The notes beneath the pieces are model-generated. The model did not search any database. It was given only the letters and a program-made list of their open reading frames with translations, and had not been told where the DNA came from. This document shows positions 1 to 10,147 of a DNA stretch of 64,000 nt, one piece after another; the stretch's first letter is position 1; every line of letters starts with the position of its first letter. Made by a program: the position numbers and the translations under genes. Source of the stretch: Myxococcota bacterium (GTDB taxonomy: Bacteria > Myxococcota_A > UBA9042 > PHBI01 > JAWLBL01); the NCBI GenBank assembly GCA_041687695.1, contig JAWLBL010000014.1:32001-96000 (forward strand). The letters run 5' to 3'.

Positions 1-2
1 AC

Positions 3-2906
3 TCCGCAGGCGGCCGCGACGCGGCGTTGCTCTACGTGTGGCGGCAGCTGTTCCACGGCCACGTCGACGCCGCGCTCGAGCAGGCCCCCGCCCTGCCCCC
101 GGCCGAGCTCCGGCGCCGCATCGACGCCATCGGCCAGACCGCCTTCGACGAGGTGCGCGCCGTGCTGCGCGAGGAGGGCCGCCTCGTGCCACCGCGCGAC
201 GACGCCCACGTCCTGCGCGAGCTGACCGCCCTGTGGCTCGAGCTCCGCCTGTTCGCGCCCGCCCAGCTGGCCGCCACCCTGCCCTCGCTGGCCGCGCCCG
301 CCCACGTCGCGCGGGTCTCGGCCCTGCTCGAGGCCGACCTGGACGCGGCGGCCCTGTTCGCCCGGACGCGCCCGAGTGGCGCCCCCGACCCGATCACTCC
401 GGCGCCGGCCGCCCCGCCCCTCGCCCCTCCCCCGACGACCCGGCCCGGCCCCGGGGCGTTTCGGCTGGCCGAGCGCCTCTCGGCGGCCCTGGACGAGGCC
501 GACCCCCGGCCCTGGGCCGACGCGCTGGCGCCGCTGACCGTGGCCCCGGACCACGCCGCCCAGCGCGTCCTGGTCCACCTCGAGCGCGTCGCCGCCGACC
601 ACGAGCGCCCCGTCGAGGCCCTCGACCCCTGGGCCTGGCTGCTCTCCTTCGGCCGCAAGCCGCTGCGGCGCGGCCTGCCCGCCCAGCGCGAGCTCCGCCT
701 GGCCCGTCAGCTCCGCGGCGCCACCTCGCGCGCTCAGCGCCTGGCCGCCTCCCGACCCGAGCTGGCTCCGCTGGCGACGCGCCTGGCCCACGCCACCGAG
801 CGCGCCGAGGCCCTGACGCGACAGCGGCTGTGCCCGGCCATCACGGCGGCCCTCGACGAGGTCGGCCTGCGGCCCCGCGACGTGCCCGAGGAGGTCGCGC
901 GCGCCAAGCTGGTCGCCGAGCTGGTCGACCGCGCGCTGGCCCGCGGCTTCTTCACGATGGGCGACCTCCGCGACGGCCTCGCCCGCGGCCACCTGAAGCT
1001 GCCCGACATCGAGCAGGCCGAGCAGCTCGTCGGAGCCGACGCCCTCATCGCGGCCGATCGCGCGCTCGCCCGCGCCCTCGACGGCGTCTACCACCGCGGC
1101 GAGGTCTACCTGCGAGGCCTGCAGCGCGCCAGCTCCCTGGGCTTCGGCACCGCCGTCGGCCGCTGGCTCGTGCGCTTCGTCGCCCTGCCCTTCGGCGGCG
1201 CGGCCCTTGCGCTGTCGGGCCTGGACCACATGGTCGGGCCGGTCGTCGGGTTCCTGGGCGGGACGCCGCCGGCCCTGGCCACGCCCCTGGCCATCCTGCT
1301 CGTCGGCCTCGTCGCGCTGGGCGCCATCCACGTCCCGAGCTTCCGCGACGCCCTCGTCCGGGGGGCGCGCGCGACGTGGCGTGGCCTGCGCGCCGTCGCC
1401 TGGGATCTCCCGCGGCGCGTGTTCCTGTGGCCGGCGGTCCAGCGGGTCCTCCGCAGCCCGCCCGCGCGCTTCGCGTGGCGATACGCGGCCAAGCCCTGCC
1501 TGTGGGCCGCCCTCGTCACGGCCCCCCTCAGCCTGGCGGAGCTCGACGGCGTCACGCGCCTGGTCGTGGCCGCGTCCACCTGGGCGGCGGCCACGCTGCT
1601 GTTCAACACGCCGCTCGGGCGCGCGGCCGAGCTCGCGGCCGTCGATGGCCTGACGCGCCTGTGGCTCGGGCTGCGTCATCGGCTGCTCCCGGGCCTCGTC
1701 CGCCTGATCCTCGACGGGTTCAAGGCGCTCAGCGAGTCCGTCGAGCGCGGCCTACACGCCGTCGAGGCCTGGCTGCGCCTCGCGCGGGGCGAGCGTCGCG
1801 CCGTCCTCGTCGCCAAGGCGGTCCTGGCCGCGCTCTGGGCCGTCGTCGCCTGGCTGGCGCGGCTGTACGTCAACCTGCTCATCGAGCCGCAGGTCAACCC
1901 CATCAAGCACTTCCCGGTGGTGACGGTCGCCCACAAGCTGATGCTGCCCTTCACGCCGCAGCTGACGGCCCTGTTCGCCGCGCCCCTCGAGCCCCTGGGC
2001 GCGGTCATCGCCAACACCATCGCGGGCGCCACCGTCTTCCTGCTGCCCGGCGTCTTCGGCTTCCTCGCCTGGGAGCTGATGGCCAACTGGCGCCTGTACG
2101 AGGGCAACCGCCCGCGCGCCCTCCGCCCGACCCCGATGGGCTCGCACGGCGAGACGCTCGCGCGGCTGCTCCGCCCCGGCGTCCACTCGGGCACGGTCCC
2201 CAAGCTCTTCGCCCGCCTGCGGCGCGCCCAGCAGCAGGGCCACGCCAAGCGCGTCGCGCAGGTCCAGGCGCAGCTCCACCACGTCGAGGACGCCACGCGC
2301 GCCTTCGTCGCCCGCGAGCTGGTCGCCGTGCTGGCGGCCTCGGGGCGCTGGTCGGGCGCGCTGCCCGCCGCGGGCGCCGTGCATCTGGCCTCCAACCGCC
2401 TGTGCGTGGCGCTGGACGCCCCCGACGTGGGCCCCCGTCCCGTGATCCTGGCCTTCGAGGAGCAGTCCGGCTGGCTCGTCGCCGGCCTCGCGGACGCCGG
2501 CTGGCTCGACGCCCTCGACCCCGCGCGCCGCGCCGCCTTCGCCGCCGCCCTCGCCGGCCTGTACCGCCTGGCCGGCGTCGATCTCGCGCGCGAGGAGATC
2601 GCCGTCCTGCTGCCGGACGGCGCCGCCTGGGACGTCGCCGACGCGGGCCTGCTCGTGTGGCCCGACGGCACCTGGGGCACCGAGGCCGTCTACGACCTGA
2701 CGCCCCCCGGCCCACGTCCCCCGGCCATCTCCGGCGACGACCCGACCCCACCCCTGCCGCCCCTCGACCCGACCGCGGCGCGCCTCGATCTCCGGCCGCT
2801 GCCCTGGCGCGACTGGGTCGCCGCCTGGCGCCCCGACGGACGTCTGCCGGACGCCGAGGCCCTCCTGCCGCCCCGCGCGCGCCCCGCCCGCCCCCGCGCC
2901 GCGTGA
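3..2906 (+). CDS. Large uncharacterised multi-pass membrane protein (5' end probably outside window)
   Basis: Frame is open from the window start to TGA at 2906 with GC3-biased codons. Several hydrophobic segments and a motif-like block EPQVNPIKHFPVVTVAHK. No function recognised. Confidence 0.75.
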   Translation, partial: SAGGRDAALLYVWRQLFHGHVDAALEQAPALPPAELRRRIDAIGQTAFDEVRAVLREEGRLVPPRDDAHVLRELTALWLELRLFAPAQLAATLPSLAAPAHVARVSALLEADLDAAALFARTRPSGAPDPITPAPAAPPLAPPPTTRPGPGAFRLAERLSAALDEADPRPWADALAPLTVAPDHAAQRVLVHLERVAADHERPVEALDPWAWLLSFGRKPLRRGLPAQRELRLARQLRGATSRAQRLAASRPELAPLATRLAHATERAEALTRQRLCPAITAALDEVGLRPRDVPEEVARAKLVAELVDRALARGFFTMGDLRDGLARGHLKLPDIEQAEQLVGADALIAADRALARALDGVYHRGEVYLRGLQRASSLGFGTAVGRWLVRFVALPFGGAALALSGLDHMVGPVVGFLGGTPPALATPLAILLVGLVALGAIHVPSFRDALVRGARATWRGLRAVAWDLPRRVFLWPAVQRVLRSPPARFAWRYAAKPCLWAALVTAPLSLAELDGVTRLVVAASTWAAATLLFNTPLGRAAELAAVDGLTRLWLGLRHRLLPGLVRLILDGFKALSESVERGLHAVEAWLRLARGERRAVLVAKAVLAALWAVVAWLARLYVNLLIEPQVNPIKHFPVVTVAHKLMLPFTPQLTALFAAPLEPLGAVIANTIAGATVFLLPGVFGFLAWELMANWRLYEGNRPRALRPTPMGSHGETLARLLRPGVHSGTVPKLFARLRRAQQQGHAKRVAQVQAQLHHVEDATRAFVARELVAVLAASGRWSGALPAAGAVHLASNRLCVALDAPDVGPRPVILAFEEQSGWLVAGLADAGWLDALDPARRAAFAAALAGLYRLAGVDLAREEIAVLLPDGAAWDVADAGLLVWPDGTWGTEAVYDLTPPGPRPPAISGDDPTPPLPPLDPTAARLDLRPLPWRDWVAAWRPDGRLPDAEALLPPRARPARPRAA

Positions 2907-2993
2907 GCCTCGATTTCAGCGCCGTCTTCAGCCGTCTGGTCGCGGCCGCCCGCCTCCGCTAGGCTGCTCCCAACACCGACACGGGGGCACGGC

Positions 2994-4862
2994 ATGAACA
3001 GGGGACTCGCGCCGGCTTTGGCGCTCTTGCTCGCCGCGACGACGGCGCACGGCGCCGAGCAGGTCTGGAAGTACGACCAGTTCCACGAGGATCTCGGCAC
3101 CGCGGCGTCGCAGATCCAGGGCACGCCGCTCGCGACCCAGCCGGGCTGGGTCAAGGGCGAGGCGCTCGGGCAGCTCTACCGGCCCACCGCGTGGCCGGTG
3201 AAGATCACGGGCGCCCAGATGTTCCTGGCCGCGCCGCCCAACGCGCCGAACCTGACCACCCACGCCTGGCTCGAGTTCTACTTCTCCGACAGCGACGGGC
3301 CGGACCCCGGCAAGGCGACGCCCGACTGGAAGATCCACACCTCCGAGCTGCTCAACCCGGCGACGCTGAACTTCGGGCTCGAGCTCAAGGGCAACACCGC
3401 CCTCGAGGTGACCTTCGACTGGGACGACGCCGAGGGGCACCCGCCGATGGTCACCGAGGGCAACATCTGGTTCGTCATCCGCTTCGACCAGCCCTCGCAG
3501 GATCTGTCCGAGGAGTGGGGGACCTTCCAGTGCTCGACGCTCGGGGGCCTCGCCTGCGGATGCCAGAAGGTCGGCAGCATGCACGACCAGAGCTCGACCC
3601 TGAAGGCGAACGTGATGCACTACATCTCGCCGGCGGGCAGCTGCAGCGGGACGGCCAACAAGTGGTCGTTCATGGAGTCGGTCGGCGTCACGGGGGACCT
3701 CATCCTGCGCCTCGTGGTCGACGCGCCCGAGACGTGCACGCCCGCCTGCGGCGACAAGGCGTGCGGCGACGACGGCTGCGGCGGCAGCTGCGGGACGTGC
3801 GGCGCCGGGCAGACCTGCAGCGCCGGGGCCTGCGTCGCGACGTGCGCGCCCAGCTGCGACGGCATGGCCTGCGGCGACGACGGGTGCGGCGGCAGCTGCG
3901 GGACGTGCAGCGCCGGGCAGACCTGCAGCGCCGGGGCTTGCGTCGCGACGTGCGCGCCCAGCTGCGACGGCAAGACGTGCGGTCCGGACGGCTGCGGGGG
4001 CAGCTGCGGCGCGTGCGGGGCCGGGCAGGTCTGCAACGCCGGACAGTGCGAGGACGAGGTCGTCTGCGAGCCCGACTGCGACGGCAAGGAGTGCGGCGAC
4101 GACGGGTGCGGCGGCTCGTGCGGGACCTGCGGCGAGGGCCAGACGTGCGCGGCCGGGATGTGCGACGACGTCACGACGTGCACCCCGGACTGCGTGGGGC
4201 TGGTGTGCGGCGACGACGGGTGCGGCGGGTCGTGCGGGAGCTGCCCGGCCGGCCAGGTGTGCAGCGCGGGCGCGTGCGCCAGCGACTGCGAGCCCAGCTG
4301 CGAAGGGGTCGAGTGCGGCAGCGACGGCTGCGGCGGGTCGTGCGGGACCTGCGGCGCGGGCGAGGCCTGCGACGCGGGCGCCTGCGCGCCCGTGGGGGTC
4401 TCGCCGGCGCCGGTGCAGATCGACGCGGTGTCCCCCGACTTCGCCTTCGCCGACCGCGAGACGCCCATCACCATCACCGGCAAGGGCTTCCAGGCGGGGC
4501 TGACCGCCAAGATCGGCGCGACGACGCTGGGCTCGGTCCGGGTCACCGGCTCGACCCTCGTCGAGGCGACCGTCCCCAAGGGCATGGAGCCGGGCGAGTA
4601 CATGGTGCTGGTCATCAACCCGGACGACTCGTCGGCCTTCGTCGACAAGGGCTTCGAGATCCGGGCGGGCAGCTGCGGCGACGGCGCCTGCGCGGCCGGC
4701 GAGACCTGCGCGAGCTGCCCGGTGGACTGCGGCCTGTGTGACGCGGGCGGCGGCGGCTCGGCCAGCGACGGCTGCGCGGGCGCGAACCCCGGCTTCGTGT
4801 GGCTGTGGCTGCTCATCCCCTTCGGCGCGTCCCTGGCCGCGCGGCGTCGCCGGGACGCTTGA
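2994..4862 (+). CDS. Secreted Cys-rich repeat protein with IPT/TIG-like domain and MYXO-CTERM-like sorting tail
   Basis: Signal peptide (MNRGLAPALALLLAATTAHG); six CxPxCxGxxCGxDGCGGSCGxC repeats; IPT-like segment (IDAVSPD..ITITGKGF..VLVINPD); C-terminal GC + hydrophobic stretch + RRRR. Confidence 0.85.
   Translation: MNRGLAPALALLLAATTAHGAEQVWKYDQFHEDLGTAASQIQGTPLATQPGWVKGEALGQLYRPTAWPVKITGAQMFLAAPPNAPNLTTHAWLEFYFSDSDGPDPGKATPDWKIHTSELLNPATLNFGLELKGNTALEVTFDWDDAEGHPPMVTEGNIWFVIRFDQPSQDLSEEWGTFQCSTLGGLACGCQKVGSMHDQSSTLKANVMHYISPAGSCSGTANKWSFMESVGVTGDLILRLVVDAPETCTPACGDKACGDDGCGGSCGTCGAGQTCSAGACVATCAPSCDGMACGDDGCGGSCGTCSAGQTCSAGACVATCAPSCDGKTCGPDGCGGSCGACGAGQVCNAGQCEDEVVCEPDCDGKECGDDGCGGSCGTCGEGQTCAAGMCDDVTTCTPDCVGLVCGDDGCGGSCGSCPAGQVCSAGACASDCEPSCEGVECGSDGCGGSCGTCGAGEACDAGACAPVGVSPAPVQIDAVSPDFAFADRETPITITGKGFQAGLTAKIGATTLGSVRVTGSTLVEATVPKGMEPGEYMVLVINPDDSSAFVDKGFEIRAGSCGDGACAAGETCASCPVDCGLCDAGGGGSASDGCAGANPGFVWLWLLIPFGASLAARRRRDA
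3735..4386 (+). repeat. Six intragenic Cys-rich repeats of about 36-40 aa
   Basis: DGCGGSCG core occurs 6 times; the first units are spaced 108 bp. Confidence 0.9.
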
Positions 4863-6058
4863 TGCGCGCGCTCGCCGCCGGCCTGGTCGCCGCCTGCACG
4901 CTCGCGGCCCCGCTCTCGGGCCGAGCCTACATCCTGATGGACCGGCTCTGGCCCAAGATGCCCATCCCCATCTGGGTGAACCCGGCGGGCGCCCCCGAGT
5001 TCGCGGGCGCCAAGGACGGCACCGACCTCATCCTGCTGGCCGCCGGCGTGTGGGAGGGCGTCGCCTGCGCCACCATCTCGTTCCAGTACATGGGCGAGAC
5101 GGACGGGCAGCTCGCAAAGGACGGCAAGAACACCATCTACTGGGTCGAGGAGGGCTGGGGATTCGACGACGCGGCGGCCGGCGCGACGATGTTCTGGCCC
5201 ACGGCCGAGGGCGAACCGATGGAGTTCGATCTCGGCCTCAACGCAGAGAACTACAGCTGGATCCTGGGCGGCGGCGACGCGACGGAGACCAGCGTCGTCG
5301 ACCCCATGTCGGTCATCACCCACGAGCTGGGTCACGTCCTGGGCCTCGCCCACTCCGAGCACCAGTTCGCGACGATGTACCAGGCCCTGCTGCCCAACGG
5401 GATGCAGGCCACGCTCGCGGCCGACGACAAGCTGGGTGTCTGCGGCGCCTACCCTTCGGGTCAGGACGAGTGCGAGACCGACGACGACTGCTTCGGCGGC
5501 GTCTGCGTCGCGGCCGAGGGGCTCAAGGTCTGCGGCGACGTCCTCGCCCAGACGGGCGAGCCGTGCAGCAAGTACGACCTCGCCTGCGAGGGGATGTGCT
5601 TCATCTCGTTCTACGAGTGCTCGGCCATCTGCGCGTTCACGACCGAGGACTACAGCGACGGCTACTGCGCGCCGAAGTGCCAGGGGGACGTGGACTGTCC
5701 CTCCGGCTGGTTCTGCTACGACGTGCCGGACCAAGACCTCATGGTGTGCCTGAAAGACCCTGAAGCCCCACCCGAGCCCGGTCCCGAGCCCGGCCCGGAG
5801 CCCGGCCCGGAGCCCGGCCCCGAGCCCGTCGCTGAGCCGGTGGCCGAGCCCGGCCCGGAGCCCGCTCCAGAGCCCATGCCCGAGGTCGTGGAAGCCGACG
5901 CGGCTCCGACGCCCGACGCGACGGCCGAGGCCGAGGTGGCCGAACCGGCCGCGCCCGCCCCGCGCCAGGACGACGGCGGCTGCGCCTCGGGCTCCGGCCA
6001 CCGCCTCGCCTGGCTGCTGGCCGCGCTCGCCCTGGTCGCGCGCCGCCGCCGCGCCTGA
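4862..6058 (+). CDS. Matrixin-family (M10-like) zinc metalloprotease with Cys-rich region, Pro/Glu linker and MYXO-CTERM-like tail
   Basis: ATG overlaps the upstream stop (TGATG). Metzincin motif HELGHVLGLAH followed by Met-turn ATMY; (PEPG)n linker; C-terminus GGCASGSGHRLAWLLAALALVARRRRA. Confidence 0.88.
   Translation: MRALAAGLVAACTLAAPLSGRAYILMDRLWPKMPIPIWVNPAGAPEFAGAKDGTDLILLAAGVWEGVACATISFQYMGETDGQLAKDGKNTIYWVEEGWGFDDAAAGATMFWPTAEGEPMEFDLGLNAENYSWILGGGDATETSVVDPMSVITHELGHVLGLAHSEHQFATMYQALLPNGMQATLAADDKLGVCGAYPSGQDECETDDDCFGGVCVAAEGLKVCGDVLAQTGEPCSKYDLACEGMCFISFYECSAICAFTTEDYSDGYCAPKCQGDVDCPSGWFCYDVPDQDLMVCLKDPEAPPEPGPEPGPEPGPEPGPEPVAEPVAEPGPEPAPEPMPEVVEADAAPTPDATAEAEVAEPAAPAPRQDDGGCASGSGHRLAWLLAALALVARRRRA
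5771..5886 (+). repeat. 12-bp tandem repeat encoding a PEPG/PEPV linker
   Basis: CCCGAGCCCGGC-type units repeated in frame. Confidence 0.85.
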
Positions 6059-6074
6059 GCGCCCGCCGCCGGAC

Positions 6075-8225
6075 TCAGGGGGCCTTGGCGGTGCGGTCGG
6101 CCAGGCTCAGCTCGGCCACGCCGTCCTGGAACCGGATCCGCGCCAGCATCACCTTCTGCTGGTGGTCGACGATGTCGATGGTCGCCTTCTGGATGCGGCT
6201 CGACACCTCCTCCATCTTCTTCTGGAGGTGCCGCATCAGCTCACCGCCCGCCTTGGCCGCCTTCAGGCTCAGGATCTGCCCGTGCAGCTCGTCGACGCGC
6301 GTGCGGTACTCGGCGACGCGCTCGCGCAGGCTGTCGATGGCCTGCTCGTGGTTGCCGATCTCGTTCCAGTGCGCCAGCAGCTTGCGCAGCTGCTCGGCGA
6401 CCACGCCCTGCTCGCCGGGCGCCTCGAGCCACACCCGGACCAGCTCGACGCCCACGTCCGAGCGCAGATCCAGTGTCCTGACGAGCGGCGTCGCCTCCTC
6501 GATCTCGACCGTCGTGGTCTCGCCCGGCTTCAGCGCGACCTCGAACAGATGGGCCTCGCCCAGCCGCTCGAACAGCTTGGGGTTGCGGGTCAGCGTCCAG
6601 CCCTTGCGCACCGTGTGGCGCACGTAGACCGTGGCCGGCTTGTGCAGGCGGTTGGTCAGCTTCAGCTTCGTCTTGCGCGCGTGCTGCACCTCGGCCGTCA
6701 GCACGCCGCGCTGCAGCGTGACCAGCCTCGAGATGCGGTCGCCGCTGGTCGCGTCCTTCTCGACGACCACCTGCCGGTCGAGCGCGAAGGGGATGACCGC
6801 CGTCGCGCGCGGCGGGATGGGGTCGGTCAGGCCCTCGCCGATGAAGCGGCCGTCGCCGTAGAAGGTCACCGGGCCCGACTCCAGCGTCGACTCGGTGGGG
6901 TTGCGCAGCCGCACCGCCCGGAACGCGAAGCGGTCGCTGCCGCGGTCGGCCTCGGCGTCGTACAGGTAGACCACGGCGCCGTCGGCGGTGATGTCGACCA
7001 TGGACACCATCGCGCTGGTGCCCCGCTTGACCGTCAGCGCCGTCTGGGACTCGAAGTGGCTCTCGCCGACCGGCCGCCCGGACTCGTCCACCTTCGCCGC
7101 GCTGGCCGCCTGCGGGTCGAGCGGCTCCTCGACGACGCGCACGCCCGCCCGCTGGCCGGCCACCGCGCCCCGCGCCACGACCTGCAGCCGCGCCGGCGAG
7201 ACGCCGTTCTGGACCAGGTGGTTCTTCAGCGTGTTGGCCCGGTCCAGCGCGCGGCCCATCGGGTCCGGCTCGCCGGGATCGGCGAAGCCCTCGATGACCA
7301 CGTTGCCCCCGCGCTGGTTGATGGCCGCCGCCATCGCCTTCAGGCGCTGCTGCCGCTGCGCCTCGGCCGCGCGCTGGGCCTGCAGCTGATCGTGCCGCGT
7401 CCGCGCCTCGGCCTTGTCGGCGAACCCGGCGCCGCGAGACTCCCGCTGCTTGCCCGGGCGGGCCCGACTCGCAGGCGCGGGCCGGGCCGCTGCCTCGTCG
7501 ACCGGCGCGGGGCGCGCAGGCGCGTCGGGGTGTCCGGGCGGCCGCGGGATGTCCAGATCGGCCACCTCGGCCAGCAGCTGCGTGTTGCGCGTCTGGTCCT
7601 GGTGGACCGCCCCGCCCTTGGGCGGCGCCACGGCGAACTGCTCCTGGTGGCCGAGCAGCTCGCGGTGCACCGAGCGGACGCTGCGGAGATCGTAGCGGAA
7701 CGACAGCGCCGAGCTGGAGCCGACGCCGACGCGCACGCCGTTCCAGTCCTCGCCCGAGGTGTTGTCGACGATGGCCCACCCCTCGAGCTCGACCTGCCCG
7801 TCGTCCTGGACCATGACGCGGTAGCTGGGCTTCCAGGCCGGCGCGTCGATGATGTAGGTCAGGACGAGGTCGTGCGGGCCGGGGCTCGGCAGCTGGATGG
7901 TCATCTCGACGGTGCTGCTCTCGGTCGCCGGCCGCGTCGGGAACGACACGGGCAGCGCCTTGCCGGTGCGGGCGTCGGTCACGGTCAGCGACTTGAGGAA
8001 GTCGTCGACCTTGTCGTTGGGGACCGTCAGGTCCAGCGTGTCGCCCTGCACGCGGGCGCGCCGCTCGTAGTAGGCGATGCCGTTGCGGTAGACGACGACG
8101 CGGCCGAGGGCGGCCTGGTCGGTCTTGACGTAGGTGCCGTGTCCGCCGCAGGCGGTCGGGCCGCCGAGCGCGGTCACGGCGGTCAGGGCGGCCAGGGAGA
8201 GGAGGCGATACCAGGGCAGTCTCAT
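6075..8225 (-). CDS. DUF4139-like lipoprotein with inserted OmpA-like domain
   Basis: Signal ending PTAC. Motifs RVVVYRNGIAYYER, DDFLKSL, WKPSYR and GWAIVDNTSGEDW resemble DUF4139/4140 proteins. Internal VVIEGFAD...ALDRANTLKNHLVQNGVSPARL resembles OmpA_C. C-terminal coiled coil. Confidence 0.75.
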   Translation of the reverse strand: MRLPWYRLLSLAALTAVTALGGPTACGGHGTYVKTDQAALGRVVVYRNGIAYYERRARVQGDTLDLTVPNDKVDDFLKSLTVTDARTGKALPVSFPTRPATESSTVEMTIQLPSPGPHDLVLTYIIDAPAWKPSYRVMVQDDGQVELEGWAIVDNTSGEDWNGVRVGVGSSSALSFRYDLRSVRSVHRELLGHQEQFAVAPPKGGAVHQDQTRNTQLLAEVADLDIPRPPGHPDAPARPAPVDEAAARPAPASRARPGKQRESRGAGFADKAEARTRHDQLQAQRAAEAQRQQRLKAMAAAINQRGGNVVIEGFADPGEPDPMGRALDRANTLKNHLVQNGVSPARLQVVARGAVAGQRAGVRVVEEPLDPQAASAAKVDESGRPVGESHFESQTALTVKRGTSAMVSMVDITADGAVVYLYDAEADRGSDRFAFRAVRLRNPTESTLESGPVTFYGDGRFIGEGLTDPIPPRATAVIPFALDRQVVVEKDATSGDRISRLVTLQRGVLTAEVQHARKTKLKLTNRLHKPATVYVRHTVRKGWTLTRNPKLFERLGEAHLFEVALKPGETTTVEIEEATPLVRTLDLRSDVGVELVRVWLEAPGEQGVVAEQLRKLLAHWNEIGNHEQAIDSLRERVAEYRTRVDELHGQILSLKAAKAGGELMRHLQKKMEEVSSRIQKATIDIVDHQQKVMLARIRFQDGVAELSLADRTAKAP

Positions 8226-8409
8226 GACGGGGCTCCCACTCGTGGGTTGGTGGCTACGGGGCCCTTTGTACGCGTCACGGCGGCAATGGTTCTGACGGCG
8301 CCCCACGTCGGGCCCGATCGTGCGCAGTTACAGGGCGTTCGGACCCCACCCGACCGGGGCGCGAGGCCCAGGTTGCGCGGCCCCGGGCCCTCGGATTAGC
8401 CTGAACGCG

Positions 8410-10122
8410 ATGGACGCGCCCCTGCCCAAGCCGCCGCCCGGCGGCCCCCCCGACGAGGACTGGCTGCTCGGGCAGCTCGTCGACGGCAAGTACCGCATCG
8501 AGTCGCTCATCGCCTCGGGCGGCATGGGCCGCGTCTACAAGGGCACGCAGGAGCCGCTCGGCCGGCCCGTCGCCGTCAAGATCCTGGCGCCCGTCAACCC
8601 CGGCACCTCGGGCGCCGAGGTCCACGAGAAGCGGTTCTTCCGCGAGGCCAGCATCGCCAGCCGGCTGTCGCACCCGAACACCGTGGTCATCCACGACTAC
8701 GGCGCGCTGCCCGAGGCCCGCGGCCTGTTCCTGGTGATGGAGTACATCCCCGGCGCCTCGCTCTACCAGGTCATCGCCGACAAGGGCCCGCTGCCCGCCG
8801 CGCGCACCCTGCGCATCGCCCGCCAGATCTGCGGCTCGCTCGCCGAGGCCCACGGCCAGGGCGTCGTCCACCGCGACCTCAAGCCGCTGAACATCCTGCT
8901 GACCTCGCACGGCGGCGGCGGCGACTTCGTCAAGGTCGTCGACTTCGGCCTCGTCAAGAGCGTCGACGAGGACGCCGCCGACATCGTCACCCAGGAGGGG
9001 CAGATCATCGGCTCGCCCCTGTACATGTCGCCCGAGCAGATCTTCAGCCAGGACGTCGACGCCCGCACCGACGTCTACGCCTTCGGCGTCATCCTCTACG
9101 AGATGCTGACCGGCCGCCCCCCGTTCGTCCGCACCAGCAAGCGTCGGGACCACAGCGAGGTCATCCGCGGCCACCTGACCCTGCCGCCGCCGCCCATGCG
9201 CTCGGTGTTGCCGGTGGCCGACGTCGCGATCCCGCAAGCGCTGCAGCAGCTCGTCATGGAGTGCCTGGCCAAGGCGCCCGACGATCGCCCCCCGACCATG
9301 CAGGCGCTCGACCAGCGCCTCGCCGCCATCGAGGCCGCGCGGACCGCCGCGCCGCCGGCCGCCGCGCCGCCCCCGCGCCCCGCGCCGCTGCCCGAGACGA
9401 CGACGTCGTTCTCCATGGACCGGGTCCTCGCCTCGGTGCCCGTCCCGCAGCACCTCCAGACCGAGGCCGCGCCCTCCCCGGTCCGCCCCACGTCCGCGCC
9501 GCCACGCGGCCGCTGGGTCGCCCTCGCGCTCGCCGCCGCCGCCGCCGCGGGGCTGGCCTTCGTCTTTTGGCCGTCCTCGACGCCCAAGCCCGCCGCGCCC
9601 CCGCCCAAGGTCCAGGCCGCGGCCACGGCGCCGCCCGTCGACGCGCCACCGGCCGCCGCTCCCCCGACCGCCTCCGCCCAGGTCGCGGCCGAGGTGGCCG
9701 ACGACCGCGCCCCGCCGCCGCCCTCGCCCAACGTCCTGGTCCGCTTCGAGACCGATCCGCCGGGCGCCACCCTGCGCGCCGTCGACGACGCCGCCGACAC
9801 CGTCCTCGGCACCACCCCGCTGACCCTCGAGGTGCCGCGCGCCCCCCTCGCGGACGCGCCGCGGACCTGGGTGGCCCAGCTGCCCGGCCACGTGAACGCC
9901 ACCATGACCCTCGCGGCCACCGACCAGGCCGAGGTCACGCTGCGCCAGCGCCTGTCGCCCGCCGACGTCGCCCCGCTGCCGCCCGCGCCCGAGCAGCCCG
10001 CGGCCACGCCCGCCCCGCTCGCGGCCGACGCGCCGCCCCAGGCGCCCGCCCCCAAGCGGCCCGCGCCGCCGCGCAAGAAGTCGCCCGCCAAACCTCCGCT
10101 CGACATCAAGCTCGACCGGTGA
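8410..10122 (+). CDS. Membrane-anchored Hanks-type Ser/Thr protein kinase with PEGA-like extracytoplasmic domain
   Basis: GGMGRVY, VAVK, HRDLKPLN, DFG, YMSPEQ, DVYAFG; TM helix WVALALAAAAAAGLAFVFWP; FETDPPGA..LGTTPL. Confidence 0.93.
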   Translation: MDAPLPKPPPGGPPDEDWLLGQLVDGKYRIESLIASGGMGRVYKGTQEPLGRPVAVKILAPVNPGTSGAEVHEKRFFREASIASRLSHPNTVVIHDYGALPEARGLFLVMEYIPGASLYQVIADKGPLPAARTLRIARQICGSLAEAHGQGVVHRDLKPLNILLTSHGGGGDFVKVVDFGLVKSVDEDAADIVTQEGQIIGSPLYMSPEQIFSQDVDARTDVYAFGVILYEMLTGRPPFVRTSKRRDHSEVIRGHLTLPPPPMRSVLPVADVAIPQALQQLVMECLAKAPDDRPPTMQALDQRLAAIEAARTAAPPAAAPPPRPAPLPETTTSFSMDRVLASVPVPQHLQTEAAPSPVRPTSAPPRGRWVALALAAAAAAGLAFVFWPSSTPKPAAPPPKVQAAATAPPVDAPPAAAPPTASAQVAAEVADDRAPPPPSPNVLVRFETDPPGATLRAVDDAADTVLGTTPLTLEVPRAPLADAPRTWVAQLPGHVNATMTLAATDQAEVTLRQRLSPADVAPLPPAPEQPAATPAPLAADAPPQAPAPKRPAPPRKKSPAKPPLDIKLDR

Positions 10123-10147
10123 CCCGCAGCCTCTGGACCCGCCCACG

